The position numbers and the translations under genes are program-made. Positions 52,601 to 64,000 of a stretch of DNA of 64,000 nucleotides are shown here, piece after piece (the stretch's first letter is position 1; every line of letters begins with the position of its first letter). Source of the stretch: Cenococcum geophilum (lineage: Eukaryota); assembly GCA_050273025.1 (NCBI GenBank), contig CP158635.1, positions 31,124,001-31,188,000 of the forward strand. The letters run 5' to 3'. The notes under the pieces were generated by a model. It saw only the letters and a program-made list of their open reading frames with translations. It had not been told where the DNA came from and ran no database searches.

Positions 52601-55600
52601 CGTACTACGCTAAAGCTAACTATAATGTCTAATTATCCTGTTAATAATTAATATAGTAGCGGAGGTAGTGTTCTAATAACGTATTTAGATGCTTTATTAG
52701 CCCGTCTATTTGCGGGTAAAAGGCAGTATTTATCCTTCGCCGTATTTTTAATAAGAGACAAAATAAAGACTAAAATATGCTATTAAATACGGTACCTCTA
52801 TTAGATATAATTCCCCTTAGCGTGCTAAATAAGAGCCACTGTTCTAAAAACAGGTCTGCCAGTTCTGCTGCTATAATTGTTATTATAATAGTAAAGTATC
52901 CTAAAAACTTTATATACCTATCGACGATTACTAAGATAGCGTTAATAACCTCTCCTGTTCTTATTTTAGTAGGGGGTAAGCCTATAATAAAATCTATTGT
53001 TAATTCTAATATAGGTCCCTATAGAATAGAAAGCACTAATAACTTACTATATAGGCGATGCCTGGATATCTGTATCCTTTAGTACGTATTATACCTTAAT
53101 ATATAGTCCTTAACCTCTTTAGACATTCCGTCCTAAAAGTATTTCCTTTAAACGGCCTTAAGGGTTCTATTGGCACTATAGTAACCCCTAAGAGGGTTAT
53201 TATAGAAGACCTTTAGAATTTTATCTTAAATTACTTAGTTCTTTAGGATATATACAGCACCCTTAAAGCGCAATAAACACTTTTAGTCTTGCTACTATAG
53301 CTTTTTAGTAACTCCGGCTAAGTTAGTTTCTACTATATCTTTTTACCTCTCCCTAGAGGCGAAGGCGTCCCTTTATTAAGCTTAAAGAAGAAGATCTAGA
53401 AAGGTTTTATATAGATCGCTTGCTTTTATTTTACCTACCACTATTATAGACTTAAGGCGTAGCACGAGACGTTTTAAACTATTAGTGCTAGTAGATTCTT
53501 CTATTATTATGCAGTGTGCTATACTGCGGATAGGTATCTCGCCTATCCCCCTTAGATCCAAAAACTCGCAGCTAATGTGCCGTTAAGTTAAAGGTGCCGC
53601 GATATCTCTAGTATATCCCGTAGAATTCTCGCTAATTCTAAGGTACGCTAACTTTATAATGTCTACTTAGTCTATAACCTAGTCTATAACTATATCCTAT
53701 AGCTCTATAATTATGTCGCTTTATAGCTATATTGCTAGGACCTCTACCCTATTACGAAATTCTATAGTTTTAGGAAAAGAGTCTTCTTTCTTTCTAAGCA
53801 AATTTTGCAATGTGGGGATTATTTCCCCTATACTGTTCTAGATCCTCCCTATTTTATAATCCGGACGTCTTAACAACCTATTAGTAGGATTTGTCTTTCC
53901 TAGGTAGTACGTAATTTTAAAGTCGTACTATAATAGTGCCTCTACTTATCTCGCTTATCGACCGCTTAATACCTTTATAGTTATAAAGTATTCTAAGTTG
54001 TTGTGGTCTATAAGAACTTTAATAGGATAATTGCTTCCTATATAATAATATCGCCAGTACTTTATTACTATAATTATCGTAAGTAGCTCCTAGTTATGCG
54101 TTATATAACACTACTCTATAGGGGTTATTTTCCTTAACTAAAACGCCATAGGATGCTATTTTTTGTCTTTTAATTAAGATATAATTGCCCCTAGGGTAAA
54201 GCCGGATATATCCGTTTTAAGGTATATATATAGCTCCTAGTAAAAGTGTATTAGGATAGGCGCCGATATAAATAAATCCTTTAACTGGTCTATTACCTAC
54301 TTAGCAGCTTCCCTAAATATAAAGGGTCCTAACTTCTTGCCATTTTTAGATCCTTTTAGTAGATTAGTAATTAGGAGTATTACTTATAAATAGTAAATAA
54401 TAAACCTTTAGTAGAAGTTCGCTGTGCCTAAGAAAACCTATACTTCTTTAAACGTTGTGGGGTATAGCTATTCCCTAATAACGTCTACCCGGCTTTTCTC
54501 TATTAATACTCCGTTAACGCTAACGATAAAGCCTAGAAAATTAATGCTAGTAATATAGAATAAGTATTTTTTTAGGTTTATGTAGAGCTTATATTCCTAT
54601 AGTTTTTTAAGTACTATTTGCACGTAATACGTATGTGCTTTATAGTTCTTAGAGTAGACTATAATATTATTAAAATAGACTATATATATCGTGTTTAATA
54701 GGCCTAATAATGCCTTATTAATATAGGCCTAAATAGCATTACTAGGTACTTAAAGTGGCTATACTGTGTTTAGAACGCCGTTTTCTACTTATTACCGGCT
54801 TTAATCCGGATTTAATAGTATATATCTTTTAGATCCAGTTTTATAAATATCTTTACGCCTAACAGCCTATTAATAAGCTCCCCTATTAAGGGTAGCGGGT
54901 AGTAATTCTTTATAGTAATCCTATTAAGTGCCCAATAGTTAATATAGAGGCGAAGGGTTCTGTTCTTCTTTGGTATAAATATAATTAGTGCCCCTGCCGG
55001 GCTTATAGAGGGCCAAATCTATCCTTTTTAAAGATTATCTACTATATACTAACGCAATATAGCTAGTTCGTTTTTTAATAAGTTATATAATAGTTTAAAA
55101 GGAGGTTGCTTGTCCCCTATGTCTATCTTATACTTAACTAATATGGGGTTAAGTAAGGTCTATACAGCCTCTTTATTAGAAACCTCTTCTAGGTCCGTAT
55201 ATTCCTGCGGAATCTTTAGTTCCTTAACTATATATAGCCGGATATCCAAAAATAAATACCCTGTGTCTTTATTCTTAGGGTTAAGAGTAGCATATATAGT
55301 ATATGCCTACCCTTCTTCTTATATATAGCTTAGGAGAGTCTCTTAATCCTTAACTATAATGCGCGATTAAGACTTCCGGTGTTAATATAATGCTAAAGGC
55401 CAATTAATATCTAAATTAACTTAGTAAAGCTATGGGTATTCTAGAATAAGGTTATACCCCTTAATTTTTATGGCGTAGAAGTGTATCTCTTATATATCCT
55501 ATAGACTGTCGCGGTTCTAGCTAGTAACGGGAAATATCTATTCCCCGTAGTACGGAATCCGGTAGCCTTTAATACTTTAAACGGTGCGTACCTGCGAGCC

Positions 55601-57330
55601 GCTAAGGTCTAAATCTAATTCTTTTACTAGTAATTAAGAAATGAACCCTATACTTGCGCCACTATCTATAAGGCAGTCTTGCGTTACCTATTTATTATTA
55701 ACTTAAATAGAAATAGAAATAACCATGCGGTAGTTTACTTCCTCCTTCTCTTACTAGTTTAGTGTAAGGGAGTAAAGATCTACTAGGCTGTCTCTTTTCC
55801 CAATTAGGCCGACTCTTACTTTTTTTACTAGTAGAAGCGGCTTATATAGCCCTTCTTACCGTAGTTATAATAGGTGCGTGTCTCCTGGTTCCCCTTTTAC
55901 AGATTAGGTCTTTACCTATTATTATTTTAAAGTTAACCAGCGTTACTTTAGGGCTGTAAGGCCTACTTATGTTATCCTTCTATAGAGCGGTTAGGTCGGA
56001 ATCTGCCCTTTTATTAAAGCTAGGTCTAGTCCTACGCTCTTTATTATTAGCGTCTTATTCCTTTCGCTTGCCTAAATAGTCTCTTTTAATATTCTTAATC
56101 CGAGTAGCTTTAGAGATAAGCTTTTCTTAAAAGGTAGGAATTTCGCCCTTTTCATAAATGGCCTGTTAAATCTTAGGTCGTAGCTTGGTAAGTAGCTAGT
56201 AAAGTTATATAGCGTTATCCTATAGGTCTAAGTAGGGTATATTATCTTCTAGCTCTTCTAAGTAATTTATAAACTGGACTACACTCTAGCCTTCTTACTG
56301 TTTAGTGTTGTAGTATCGCTAGTTATAATCTATCCCTTAATTGGTAGGGTTTTAGACCTAATTAACTAACTAGGTTTTAAGTTCGCTAAATTTAAGGGGT
56401 ATAGTAAGTTTCTTCTTATAGCGTGTCTATAAACTCTTAATAGTGCCACATAGGAAGGTGGAAGTAATTAGTGTCTAATTATACTTGTTAGAGTAATATT
56501 TTAAATCTAGCTAAAACTTGGTTTTATATTAACGAATAAAACGATTATAGTTCTAGAGACTATTACTATTATACTTATTAGGTTTCTTTATACGGAATCT
56601 AGGTTTTTCTAACGTTATAGTGTAGTATAGCGTTGCCCCTTTAAGTCCGCTTTATATTTAGGGTGTCTATACTTCTCCTAACTGTCCTTATAATTGTTCT
56701 TAGTAGTCCTAATATACTTATCTTAATCATATCTCTAACTCTTTTGTTTTTTATAGGGTCTCGCGTAGCGATTACTCTAATAACTCCCTAGTAGTAATCG
56801 TTTTTAAGGGTTTTATAAAGTTAGATAGACTAGCCGTGGCTTCCTAGTCTACTCTTTTATAAGTAGAGAGAATGCGCTCCTCTAAGGAGACTCTCTAAGC
56901 CTTCTGTAGTAAGGGCGTTGCTTTATAGGGTATAGGAGTATAATCTGTTATTGTTAATTAATAGCCGTACGTTCTTAACGGATTGCAAGTAATTAGAATT
57001 GTAAGAGACTAGCTTAACTAGAATATATAATTATCTAATTAATAGTATTACTGGTAAGTAGAAGGTAAGTTAAAGGTACGTTAAAGGTAAGTAGAAGGTA
57101 GAATGAGTTTTTATATATTAAAGGACAAATACTTCTAACTATTTCTATTTAGAGACTAATCGCTAGTTCTTCTCTAGAGGGGAACTAGCTTTCTATATAT
57201 TTCTTCTAAGACGCTAGTAAAACCTTTCGCCCCTAACTTGTTTAACTGTGTCTTCTAGAATATAGATGGGATATAGATGAAACCTTCTACCGTCTTATCG
57301 GATATATACCTCCTAGGGGATTCCGTTATA
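49641..57330 (-). mobile_element. Ty3/Gypsy chromovirus E (7.7 kb), RIP-inactivated
   Basis: 331-bp LTRs 49641-49971 and 57000-57330. TSD tctat at 49636-49640 and 57331-57335. PPT complement attgcctcccctttt. Gag ~55800-56940, RT ~54670, integrase ~52500-53250, chromodomain ~52000-52110. Confidence 0.94.
50420..51420 (+). pseudogene. Antisense, intron-containing Cys-rich gene inside the 3' region of Gypsy E
   Basis: KCSYCR.RRKT(C)IP at ~50750-50792; putative introns 50793-50837 and 51089-51135 (GTAAGT..GCTAAC..TAG). Confidence 0.6.
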
Positions 57331-57338
57331 TCTATTTA

Positions 57339-58626
57339 CAGTGCTAAGATATTAGTCTGTGTATACGCGAGCTAACACTATATAATCGCAATATTGTTAC
57401 CAAATTTAATTAATCACTACATTATAATGCAACGCTTGTTTGGCATGGAAATTAGCGGAAATTAAAGGCCTGGAGTAGAGCTTTCAGATATATAAAGAGC
57501 TGGAATCTTTAGTGCAGTAGAGGCAGGGGAGGAGAAGACTAAAATCGCGGCGAAATATCGTGTTAGTTGTCGCGTTATTTACAATATAATTGATTAATGG
57601 AATAACTACTATACGCTTAATCTCTACTAAGACCCGGAAAGCCTAAAAAGCTTACTTGACGCCAGAAGCGTCTACTTCTTCGAATTATATATAGGAATCC
57701 TTAAATCGACTATGCAGCTCTTAAATGTTAGGCCCTAGGGGTTACCGTTAAGTATAGAACTTTATAACGTCTATTTAAAAAACACTATATTACAAAGTGG
57801 CTCGCCAAGAAGAGACCAAAGCTAACGCCAGCGGTAGCTCGATTAAGGTATCGTTAGGCTTAAAAGTACAAGGGATTCCCCTAGAGACGTGTTAAGTTTT
57901 TTAATAAATGTTTATATAAACGAGGCTTGGGAAAGAAGCCCGTCTAGGTCTTTAGAACGTCTCTATAAAAGTAGAATCACGACTTTATTACAGAGGTGTC
58001 TAATAAAAAGGATCTTACACAGATAATTTACGCTGCTTTTTGGTACGATGGCCGTTCGGAGTTAATTGCTATAAAAAGGGACGTTTTAGCGCGGAAGGAA
58101 GGCTATAGCGCCTAAAGCTATATTTGGGCCTTAGAAGAAGGTCTTATACCAATTTATAAGCCTTTAGATATCTACTAAATGGATAATGCTCCAATCTATA
58201 TGTCGAATCTTATAAAGATATAGTTGGAAACACACGGCGTTTAGACCCTAGATTTCCCTCTATACTTACCTAATCTTAACCCAATTAAGCACCTTTAGCT
58301 GGCACTAAAAAGGAAGATTTTTAAGCTTTATCTAGAGCTTAAACAGATAGGGACAAAGTAAGGAGGATTTAGAGCGTTTAATTAAGGCGTGTAAAGAGGC
58401 GTGGTTGGCTATTAATTAAGGCCTTATGCGACGGTTAATCGACAGTATAGACCGAAGGCTAGAAGCAGTAAAAAAAGCACGTGGCTGGCAGACAAAGTAT
58501 TAACTATAATTAAATAATCTTATATTGATTTGGCTGCATCTAATTGCTGCGGCGTTATGCGATTATTTAAAGTCGTGTTAATTTTGGTAAGAATTCGTAT
58601 ATGCACAGACCAATGTCTTGGCACTA
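57339..58626 (+). mobile_element. Tc1/mariner (impala-like) DNA transposon, full length, RIP-mutated
   Basis: ~30-bp TIRs CAGTGCYAAGAYATTRGTCTGTG; TA TSDs at 57337-57338 and 58627-58628. Confidence 0.92.
57427..58503 (+). pseudogene. Tc1-family DDE transposase pseudogene
   Basis: MQRLFGMEISGN start; MDNAPI(H); FP.Y.P(D)LNPI(E)HL(W); ends GWQTKY*. Confidence 0.9.
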
Positions 58627-58770
58627 TACCTTCTATATTGCCTATCTATTACTACTAAAGATCTTAAACTAGATATCCCTAATATAATTAAGATAATAGA
58701 GAATTTCCTATTTAAATATTATTAGTAACTTATAGCGCTTAGATATAAATCTTTAGATAGGATTTAGGTA

Positions 58771-58917
58771 TAAGGGGGTGACATAAACGGGCTACCCGCC
58801 CTCCCTATAAGTTTTAGTAGCATTATAACCATATCGGCAGTATTTTAGTAGGACACTACTATAATGCTACTAAAAACTTGTAGGGAGGGCGGGCAGCCCG
58901 CTTATATTACCCCCTTA
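58771..58917. mobile_element. MITE (~147 bp) with ~55-bp TIRs and TA TSD
   Basis: Left arm taagggggtgacataaacgggctacccgccctccc... mirrored by ...gggagggcgggcagcccgcttatattacccccttata. Removing it restores a match to the reverse complement of 59960-60015. Confidence 0.85.
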
Positions 58918-59049
58918 TAGTAACTCTTAGTAGTAACTTTACTACCTAAATCTTCTACTAAGTTTTATTCTACTAGTGCAAAATTAGTAGCTTAGAGCTT
59001 TTTTTTTTACAGTTATAGCTTAATTTAGTAGGGTCTACCCCCAGAGGTA

Positions 59050-59560
59050 CCTCTGCGCCTCTACGCCTCTCCCTATACCTTTACGCCTCCGCGCCTCTAC
59101 GTCTCTACGCCTTTATATTTCCGTGCCTTTACGTCTTTATATCTGTATTTATCTTTATACCTCTCTACCTAGCCCCCTATAAGACGTGTAGGAAACGTAT
59201 AAGGAGATATAAGAAAATATGGGTAGAGATATAGGTAGAGATATAAGCGGAGCTATAAGTAGAGCTATAACAGAGCTACGAGTAGAGCTATAAGTAGAGC
59301 TATAAGTAGGGCTATAAGTAGAGGGAGGAGCAAAAAGAAGTAAAGAGAGTAGTAAAAGGGGTAGTCTAGATAGGAAAGTAGGTCGGTAAGTCTAAATAAA
59401 TAGTGCGCAGTTAATTTACAGAGGTAAATTAAGGCTTAGCTTTAACATTCCCTTTCTAGACACTCCTTTCTACCTCTACGCCTTACACCTCTATACTTAC
59501 CTCTACTTATAGCTCTACTTATAGCTCTACTTATAGCTCTACTCGTAGCTCTACTACCTA
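59050..59560. repeat. 8-bp (cctctacg) and 12-bp (agagctataagt / acttatagctct) repeats in inverted arrangement
   Basis: 59250-59322 and 59505-59555 are reverse complements of each other. Confidence 0.8.
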
Positions 59561-60939
59561 TATCTTACCTATACCTCTTATATATAAAAAGGGAAACGTA
59601 TAGAGAGAGGCGTGTAAAGGAAAACGTGTAAAGTATAAGAAAGAGTAAAAATAGATAATAAAGTACGTACACCTTTGTTTAATCATATAGTAGCTTATAG
59701 GATATATAGGGGTAGGTAAGTATTAGGTAAACATTGCATTTATATAGCTTTTACTAGTAAAATAGGTGCCTAAGTAGTACCTTAGCTACCCTTACCGCCT
59801 ACTAGGCCGCTACTAATTTATTATAACCTTGTGCTACCTATACGTTATATATAGGCTAGAGATATTCCAACTAGCAGTCTTACTAGTCGCGAGACACTAC
59901 TATCTTTTTAGAGGTTTGTATGGCCAGGTAGGTTAGAGCCTTAGGCATAATATAATTAAAAGATTCGGGTAGTAAAGTTACTGCTAAAAGTTACTACCTG
60001 GATCCTATCCGATAAATCTTTACTTTATTACATCTTATAGTAAATATTATATATATAGTACCTAGTCTTATACCTCCTCTAAGCTTAGGAATATCTAGTT
60101 ACAAGTTAAATACCACTTTGTATTCTAGGCGATTTAATATACGCTTTAGATTCTGCTTTTTCCAGTTAAATATAACGGCCAGACAAGTTTACTATCGTTC
60201 TTTAAAGTATATATTCCCAAACACTTAGTACTAGCAGATTTTATAATAGATTTTACTATTATTAGGCTTCTTCTTATAAGAGTACTCTTTAATTATAGCC
60301 GTTTTTAGTTTATAGTTAATATCTAGATATAATTAGAGTTAGAGCCTCCTATATATACGAAACGAGAATTTCCTACCTATAAGATATAGATCTATAATCT
60401 AGCGCTTATCTCCTAAAGGAAGGAACTCTATAGATACTTAAACCTAATATAGGCCGTAGAGATATTCTAAACCGAAATTAGGAGGAAAGTTTAGCTCCGT
60501 ATAATTATTACGTAGATAACCTATTAGTGCCTTAGTAGAAGTTTCTAAAAGTTAAATAGTAGCGTTAAGCTGCTCCTAATTAATAACGGTAGGAAAATAA
60601 TTTTAAATATCTAGGCGATCGCAACTATTCTTTTAGAAGAAATTCTTAAGTCTTACTATATTTCCTTTATCCTTTTTATATACGAAATGCAGCACTTTAA
60701 GATTAACGCTAGTAGTACCTCTATACTTAACCCTCCTCTCTACTAAAAATCTCCGTTCGTGCTTAAGGAATTGTGCCTTTTATATATCTATATAGCCTAT
60801 TTAATTATACTTACTACGGGAGAATAGGTTATTATTATAGCTTGTATAAGTTTTAGCTACGCTTTAAATATTATCCTTAGAACCTAATTTTAGGACCTTC
60901 TATTTTTAGCTAACCATAGTTAGGGGATCCTAGTTATAT

Positions 60940-61310
60940 CTAGAGACTAGCTATATTTAGAGAATTATTAGATGCCTAATTGGCCCAAAATAACCGGTCC
61001 TCTTAGCAGCGCTAAATAGGAGAACTATGTTTAGAGAATAGCTACGTCTAGAGAATTATCGGATGCCTAATTGGCCTAAAATAACCGGTTCTCTTAGCAG
61101 CGCCAAATAGGAGAACTACTCTGGAGAACAGCTATGTCTAGAGAATAGCCGCGTTTAGAAAACGGCCACGTCCGGAGAGTAAGAACGCCACGTCCAATAG
61201 CTATATCCGGAATAACCACGTCTAATAACTATATCTAGAATAGCTATATCCAGAGTAGTTATATTTAGAGACTAACTAGTCTAATAAACGGTTATATCTA
61301 GAGAATGATA
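60940..61310 (+). repeat. 91-bp duplication plus ~17-bp subrepeats
   Basis: agaattat.. at 60961 and 61052; gctatgtctagagaata-like units follow. Confidence 0.8.
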
Positions 61311-62446
61311 GTTTGTAAAAAGTTTTAACTAGTCTAAGTCTTATCTATTTGCCTTCTTTTTACTACGCCTAATATATCTTATTATTATAGATTTAAACGC
61401 GGTACTTTTATTAATATAGCCTTAAGAAGAAGTTTATGAAGCGCCTCTAAATATAAGTGTAATATAAAATCTATAATCTAATATAATTAAGATAGTAAAG
61501 GTTTTATAGAACATAATTAGTAATTAAACCACCTATAGATAAAACCTTTACCTTATAGCATCTAGAGCTGCTTTAGCACTCTCTTTTATAGTTAAGCTCT
61601 ATTAAGAAGTAAGTATGGAGATGCTTTGCATGTAAGATATAAGGGGGTTACTTGTAGGATATAATCTATAGTTTAGCGCCTAACTTTTAGAGAGAGGACT
61701 TCTACGGCTGCTAGGACTTAGTATCTTCTATTACCTTAGTAAGCTTAGACCGTAGAATTAATTAGCGGACATACGTATATTTGTAAGCGGATATCACTAA
61801 CCTTTTTTATTAAAAAGTTAATTCTATAGTCTAAGGGACTTTTATAAGGTTTCTTAGGCGATCCGAACTTATTTTATATATAGAGTAGTTACCTTCTTTA
61901 ACGAAACTGTTAAAGCTATCTATGTAAGGTCTAGGGCTATATATAGGCTTAAAATAATCGCGAGAACCAGCTCTATAATTGATTAACTTTTAGGCCTTAT
62001 ATATGTACCCGTTGCGATATCTATTACAACGCAGCGTGGTTTTCAATAAACGAAATTCCAGCCAATCAAATATTGATATTTGCCAATATTTGCAGTGTCA
62101 ATATTTAAATATTGGCAATAATTTAGATTAAATTACTATAATAGAAATATACTTATTCTAGAATAAAGATTATATAAATTATTGGTATAGATTGGCAGTT
62201 TTATAATATATTCTCGCGTATAGAAGTATTTACATACTACAAAATGTCTTGGTACACGCTCCCTTACCAAAATTAAATATTAACTACCCCTAATTATACC
62301 ACAACTATACGCAATTAAAGCTCTATATCTCTAATATAGCCTATTTACTCTGCTATCTACGTTATCTATAAGTAACTAGTTATATAATAGCTTTATAGTG
62401 GCGCAGTAGAAGGGTAGTTAGATTTTTTGCGACCGTACGCGTACCA

Positions 62447-62536
62447 AAGCTCTGCAAAAGCCCTGCATAAAGCTCTGCTCGGAGCTCTACTCGGAGCTCT
62501 ACTCGAAGCTCCGCTCAAAGCCCTATATAGAGCTCT
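62447..62536 (+). repeat. 12-bp minisatellite (agctctactcgg-like)
   Basis: About 7 units with an AGCTC core, related to 33475-33741 and 59505-59555. Confidence 0.8.
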
Positions 62537-62697
62537 AAAGTTCTACTAACACGCAGCACTAATATACTACAATCGGTCGTGCGAACGCCCATACGACTAG
62601 TCGCTATACGATCGTCTCTACGAACGGCTCTATAAATGTCGCACGATTGCCCTTACAAATACCTATACAATTAATCGATTGATTAATTAATTACTTA

Positions 62698-64000
62698 TAA
62701 CATGCGGAACGTTAATCCCCTAACGTAAATTTTGACCCGAGTTTATAAGTAATAAGCCAATCAATTTTAGAGCTTTATTATATAGACTTTAATTAATATA
62801 TATAGAGATAAGGTTTTCTAGGGGGAGACCCCCTGGGACCCCCCTATATAGAGCTTTTGCTTAATTTAAAAGTAGTAGTAAAATCAAGGCGCCTTAGTTA
62901 CTACTAGGTAAGGATCTACTACAGTGATCAAGGCGCCCTACTTAAGCTGGGCTTAAGGATTATATTAGTCACGAATCTAGTATATATTTGGACTGCAGAG
63001 CTTTAATATAAAGCCCTCTACGTAGGATCTAATATAGTGGGTACATATTTGCGTTCCCAAATATCGTCACGTGACGCAATTTTTGGGTGACAAAAACCGC
63101 TATTAATGTTGCTCGACTGACACCTACCGGAGGTTCCTCCGTCCTTCCTATCTCCTCTCTTACCTATCTCCTCGTCCGATGCTGTCCATATTACTATATT
63201 GACTAATAGATCCCTTAGTAGAGACTAGGGAGTATTGGAGCACCTCTAGCTCTTATAAGGAAGAAGAAAAGAAGAAAGGAAGGTATAGAGGAGGGAGTAT
63301 TTATAGATAGGAGGAGGCCTATAAACGGGAGATTAGGTAGCTATAATATAGACATTAATGTTGCTTAACTAACACCTACCAGGCGCCCCTCCGTCCTTCC
63401 TATCTCCTCTCTTACCCGTCTTATTAGATGTTGTCTATATCGCCACGTTAACTAATAGATCCCTTAGTGGGGACTAGGGAGGGGTATTAGAGCACCTCTA
63501 GCTCTTATAAGGAAGAAGAAGAAAGAAGAAGGGAGGAAGGTATAGAAGAGGGAGTATTTATAAACAGGAGGAGGCCTGCAAACGGGAGATTAGGCAGCCA
63601 TAATATAGATATTAACGTTGCTCAACTAATACCTACTAGGCGCCCCTCCGTCCTTTCTATCTCCTCTCTTACCCGTCTTATTAGATACTGTCTATATCGC
63701 CACGTTGACTAATAGATCCCTTAGTAGGGACTAGGGAGGAGTATTAGAGCACCTCTAGCTCTTATAAGGAAGAAGAAAAGAAGAAAAAAAGGTATAGAGG
63801 AGGGAGTATTTATAGACAGGAGGGGGCCTATGAATGGGAGATTAGGCAGCCATAGTATAGACGTTAATATTGCTCGGCTAATACCTACCGGACGCCCCTC
63901 CGTCCTTTCTATCTCCTCTCTCACCCGTCTCCTCGTTAGATACTATCTATATCGCCACGTTAACTAATAGATCCCTTAGTGGGGACTAGGGAGAGGTATT
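62698..64000 (-). repeat. Right arm of the long inverted repeat, including a ~253-bp array (63105-64000, continues past the window)
   Basis: tatttata anchors at 63298, 63555 and 63807; reverse complement of 42410-44159 lacking ~43336-43821. Confidence 0.9.

Noticed and set aside
52777..55328. Plus-strand ORFs 52777..53082 and 55110..55328 (likewise 34435..34728, 19762..19947, 12590..12778)
   Set aside because: Antisense shadows of RIPed pol sequences, not genes.
44160..62697. Starship element
   Set aside because: No tyrosine-recombinase (captain) motifs or typical cargo domains recognisable.

Overview
AT-rich fungal (Pezizomycotina-like) repeat block with no intact host gene. It is saturated with C->T/G->A transitions (TpA excess, CAA/CAG/TGG turned into stops), the signature of repeat-induced point mutation (RIP). 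Target-site duplications (TSDs) let the nesting be reconstructed. From about 420 to 33010 is one ~6.2 kb Helitron (Rep plus PIF1 helicase), split into four pieces by Ty3/Gypsy element A (holding two solo LTRs and Gypsy B1), Gypsy C (holding a poly(A) retroelement) and a second copy of that poly(A) element. The two 2.1 kb poly(A) elements encode only a LINE ORF1-like zinc-knuckle protein and no reverse transcriptase (RT). The right half contains a compound tandem-repeat region interrupted by Gypsy B2, and a long inverted repeat (42410-44159 vs 62698-64000+) built on ~253-bp units. Between the inverted arms lie RIP-destroyed unknown genes, a truncated Gypsy D, Gypsy E with an antisense spliced Cys-rich gene, a Tc1 transposon and a MITE. 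Three Gypsy families share a CCAAT-plus-palindrome module in their 3' UTRs. Protein motifs marked de-RIP were read by manually reverting transitions and are inferences.
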